Of a stretch of 64,000 nt of DNA, positions 63,350-64,000 are shown piece by piece; within the stretch, counting starts at the first letter, position 1; every line of letters starts with the position of its first letter. The notes beneath the pieces are model-generated. The model was not told where the DNA came from and ran no database searches. It saw nothing but the letters and a program-made list of their open reading frames with translations. The stretch comes from Rhodospirillaceae bacterium (GTDB lineage: Bacteria; Pseudomonadota; Alphaproteobacteria; MPNO01; UBA2964): contig PAPV01000002.1 in NCBI GenBank assembly GCA_002709075.1, positions 31,098 through 95,097 on the forward strand. The letters are read 5' to 3'. The position numbers and the translations under genes were made by a program.

Positions 63350-63584
63350 AAAGATGATGGTGGTGAAATTTTAGAAAAATTTTATCTTCTTGTGACTTTA
63401 GATAAACAAACTAATCATATGCATCGAAGAAATAAATGCGAAGAAACATAATTGCTGAGATTTTATCTGCCGCAGGAAATAGATAGAAAAATTGTATGCG
63501 CGTTCATAAAATTGTTTTTTTTATGCGCTTAATAAATTGAGCGAATTTCACTTTAGTAAATCAAATAATGAGTGAGACCAGTTT

Positions 63585-64000
63585 ATGAACTTAGAACTTT
63601 ACCATAATAGCATGTCCACCTGCTCACAGAAGGTAAGGATTACGCTTGCGGAAAAGAAAAAAGAATTTACTTCCCATCACTTAAATCTAAGAGCACGAGA
63701 TCAGCATACAGCAGATTATCTTAACCTAAATCCTAATGGAGTTGTGCCAACACTTGTTCACAACAGCTTAGTAATTTATGAATCAGCTGTAATAGATGAA
63801 TATTTAGACGATATTTTTCCTGATTTTCCCTTACGTTCATCTGATCCATATGAAAAGTCATTAATGCGCAGGTGGGTAAAGCAATTAGACGAGGGTGTGC
63901 ACGCCGCTAGTGCTACAGTTAGTGCTTGTATAGCATTCCGGTACCAATTTATTGAAGGAAAGACTTCTGAGGAGCTTGAGCAAACGCTGAGGGGATATGT
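63585..64000 (+). CDS. glutathione S-transferase (N-terminal part; truncated by window end)
   Basis: The ATG at 63585 opens a frame running to the window edge. The thioredoxin-like GST N-domain is recognisable (LYHNSMSTCSQKVRITLAEKKKEF…NPNGVVPTL…ESAVIDEYL). Not in the ORF track because no stop lies in the window. Confidence 0.7.
   Translation, partial: MNLELYHNSMSTCSQKVRITLAEKKKEFTSHHLNLRARDQHTADYLNLNPNGVVPTLVHNSLVIYESAVIDEYLDDIFPDFPLRSSDPYEKSLMRRWVKQLDEGVHAASATVSACIAFRYQFIEGKTSEELEQTLRGY

Noticed and set aside
1-64000. CRISPR arrays, transposases, integrases, prophage genes, rRNA
   Set aside because: None found. There are no spaced direct repeats and no IS-like inverted repeats around any ORF.

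Overview
This 64 kb window reads as a densely coded stretch of an AT-rich alphaproteobacterial chromosome. The clade markers are a DUF2312/GapR-like protein, a DUF1244 protein, a split pntAA/pntAB/pntB transhydrogenase, an etfBA-hbd cluster and an alpha-type bioBA / bioFD biotin locus. I called about 70 protein genes and one tRNA-Leu(CAA) on both strands. They are mostly housekeeping: pyk, pepF, rpsU, bio, pnt, def, purEK, gloB, metXW, a chorismate mutase-hisC-tyrC aromatic operon, ftsEX-plsC, hpt, lysA-argH, etfAB-hbd, COQ7-dsbB, and zur-znuCB. I found no transposase, integrase, CRISPR array or rRNA. Many ORF-track starts are alternative codons upstream of the likely true start; I re-derived several from conserved N-termini and from ATGA/TAATG stop-start overlaps. 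The most system-like feature is the 3' ~10 kb (53.9-64 kb). It is a divergent catabolic module: enoyl-CoA hydratase, a three-subunit xanthine-dehydrogenase-family molybdenum hydroxylase (FAD, 2Fe-2S and large subunits with RGFG-type active-site region, i.e. not CO dehydrogenase), a UbiD-family prFMN-type decarboxylase, a TRAP DctPQM transporter and a GST. The architecture parallels the Cupriavidus hmf furoate/FDCA pathway. Other observations: an unannotated LptM-like 42-aa lipoprotein translationally coupled between argH and lysA; a ~920 bp gene-free, frame-decayed gap between the convergent znuB and crotonase genes; a compact chorismate mutase fused to a degenerate PDT/ACT-like domain; and candidate regulatory palindromes in the bio, pur and zur regions.
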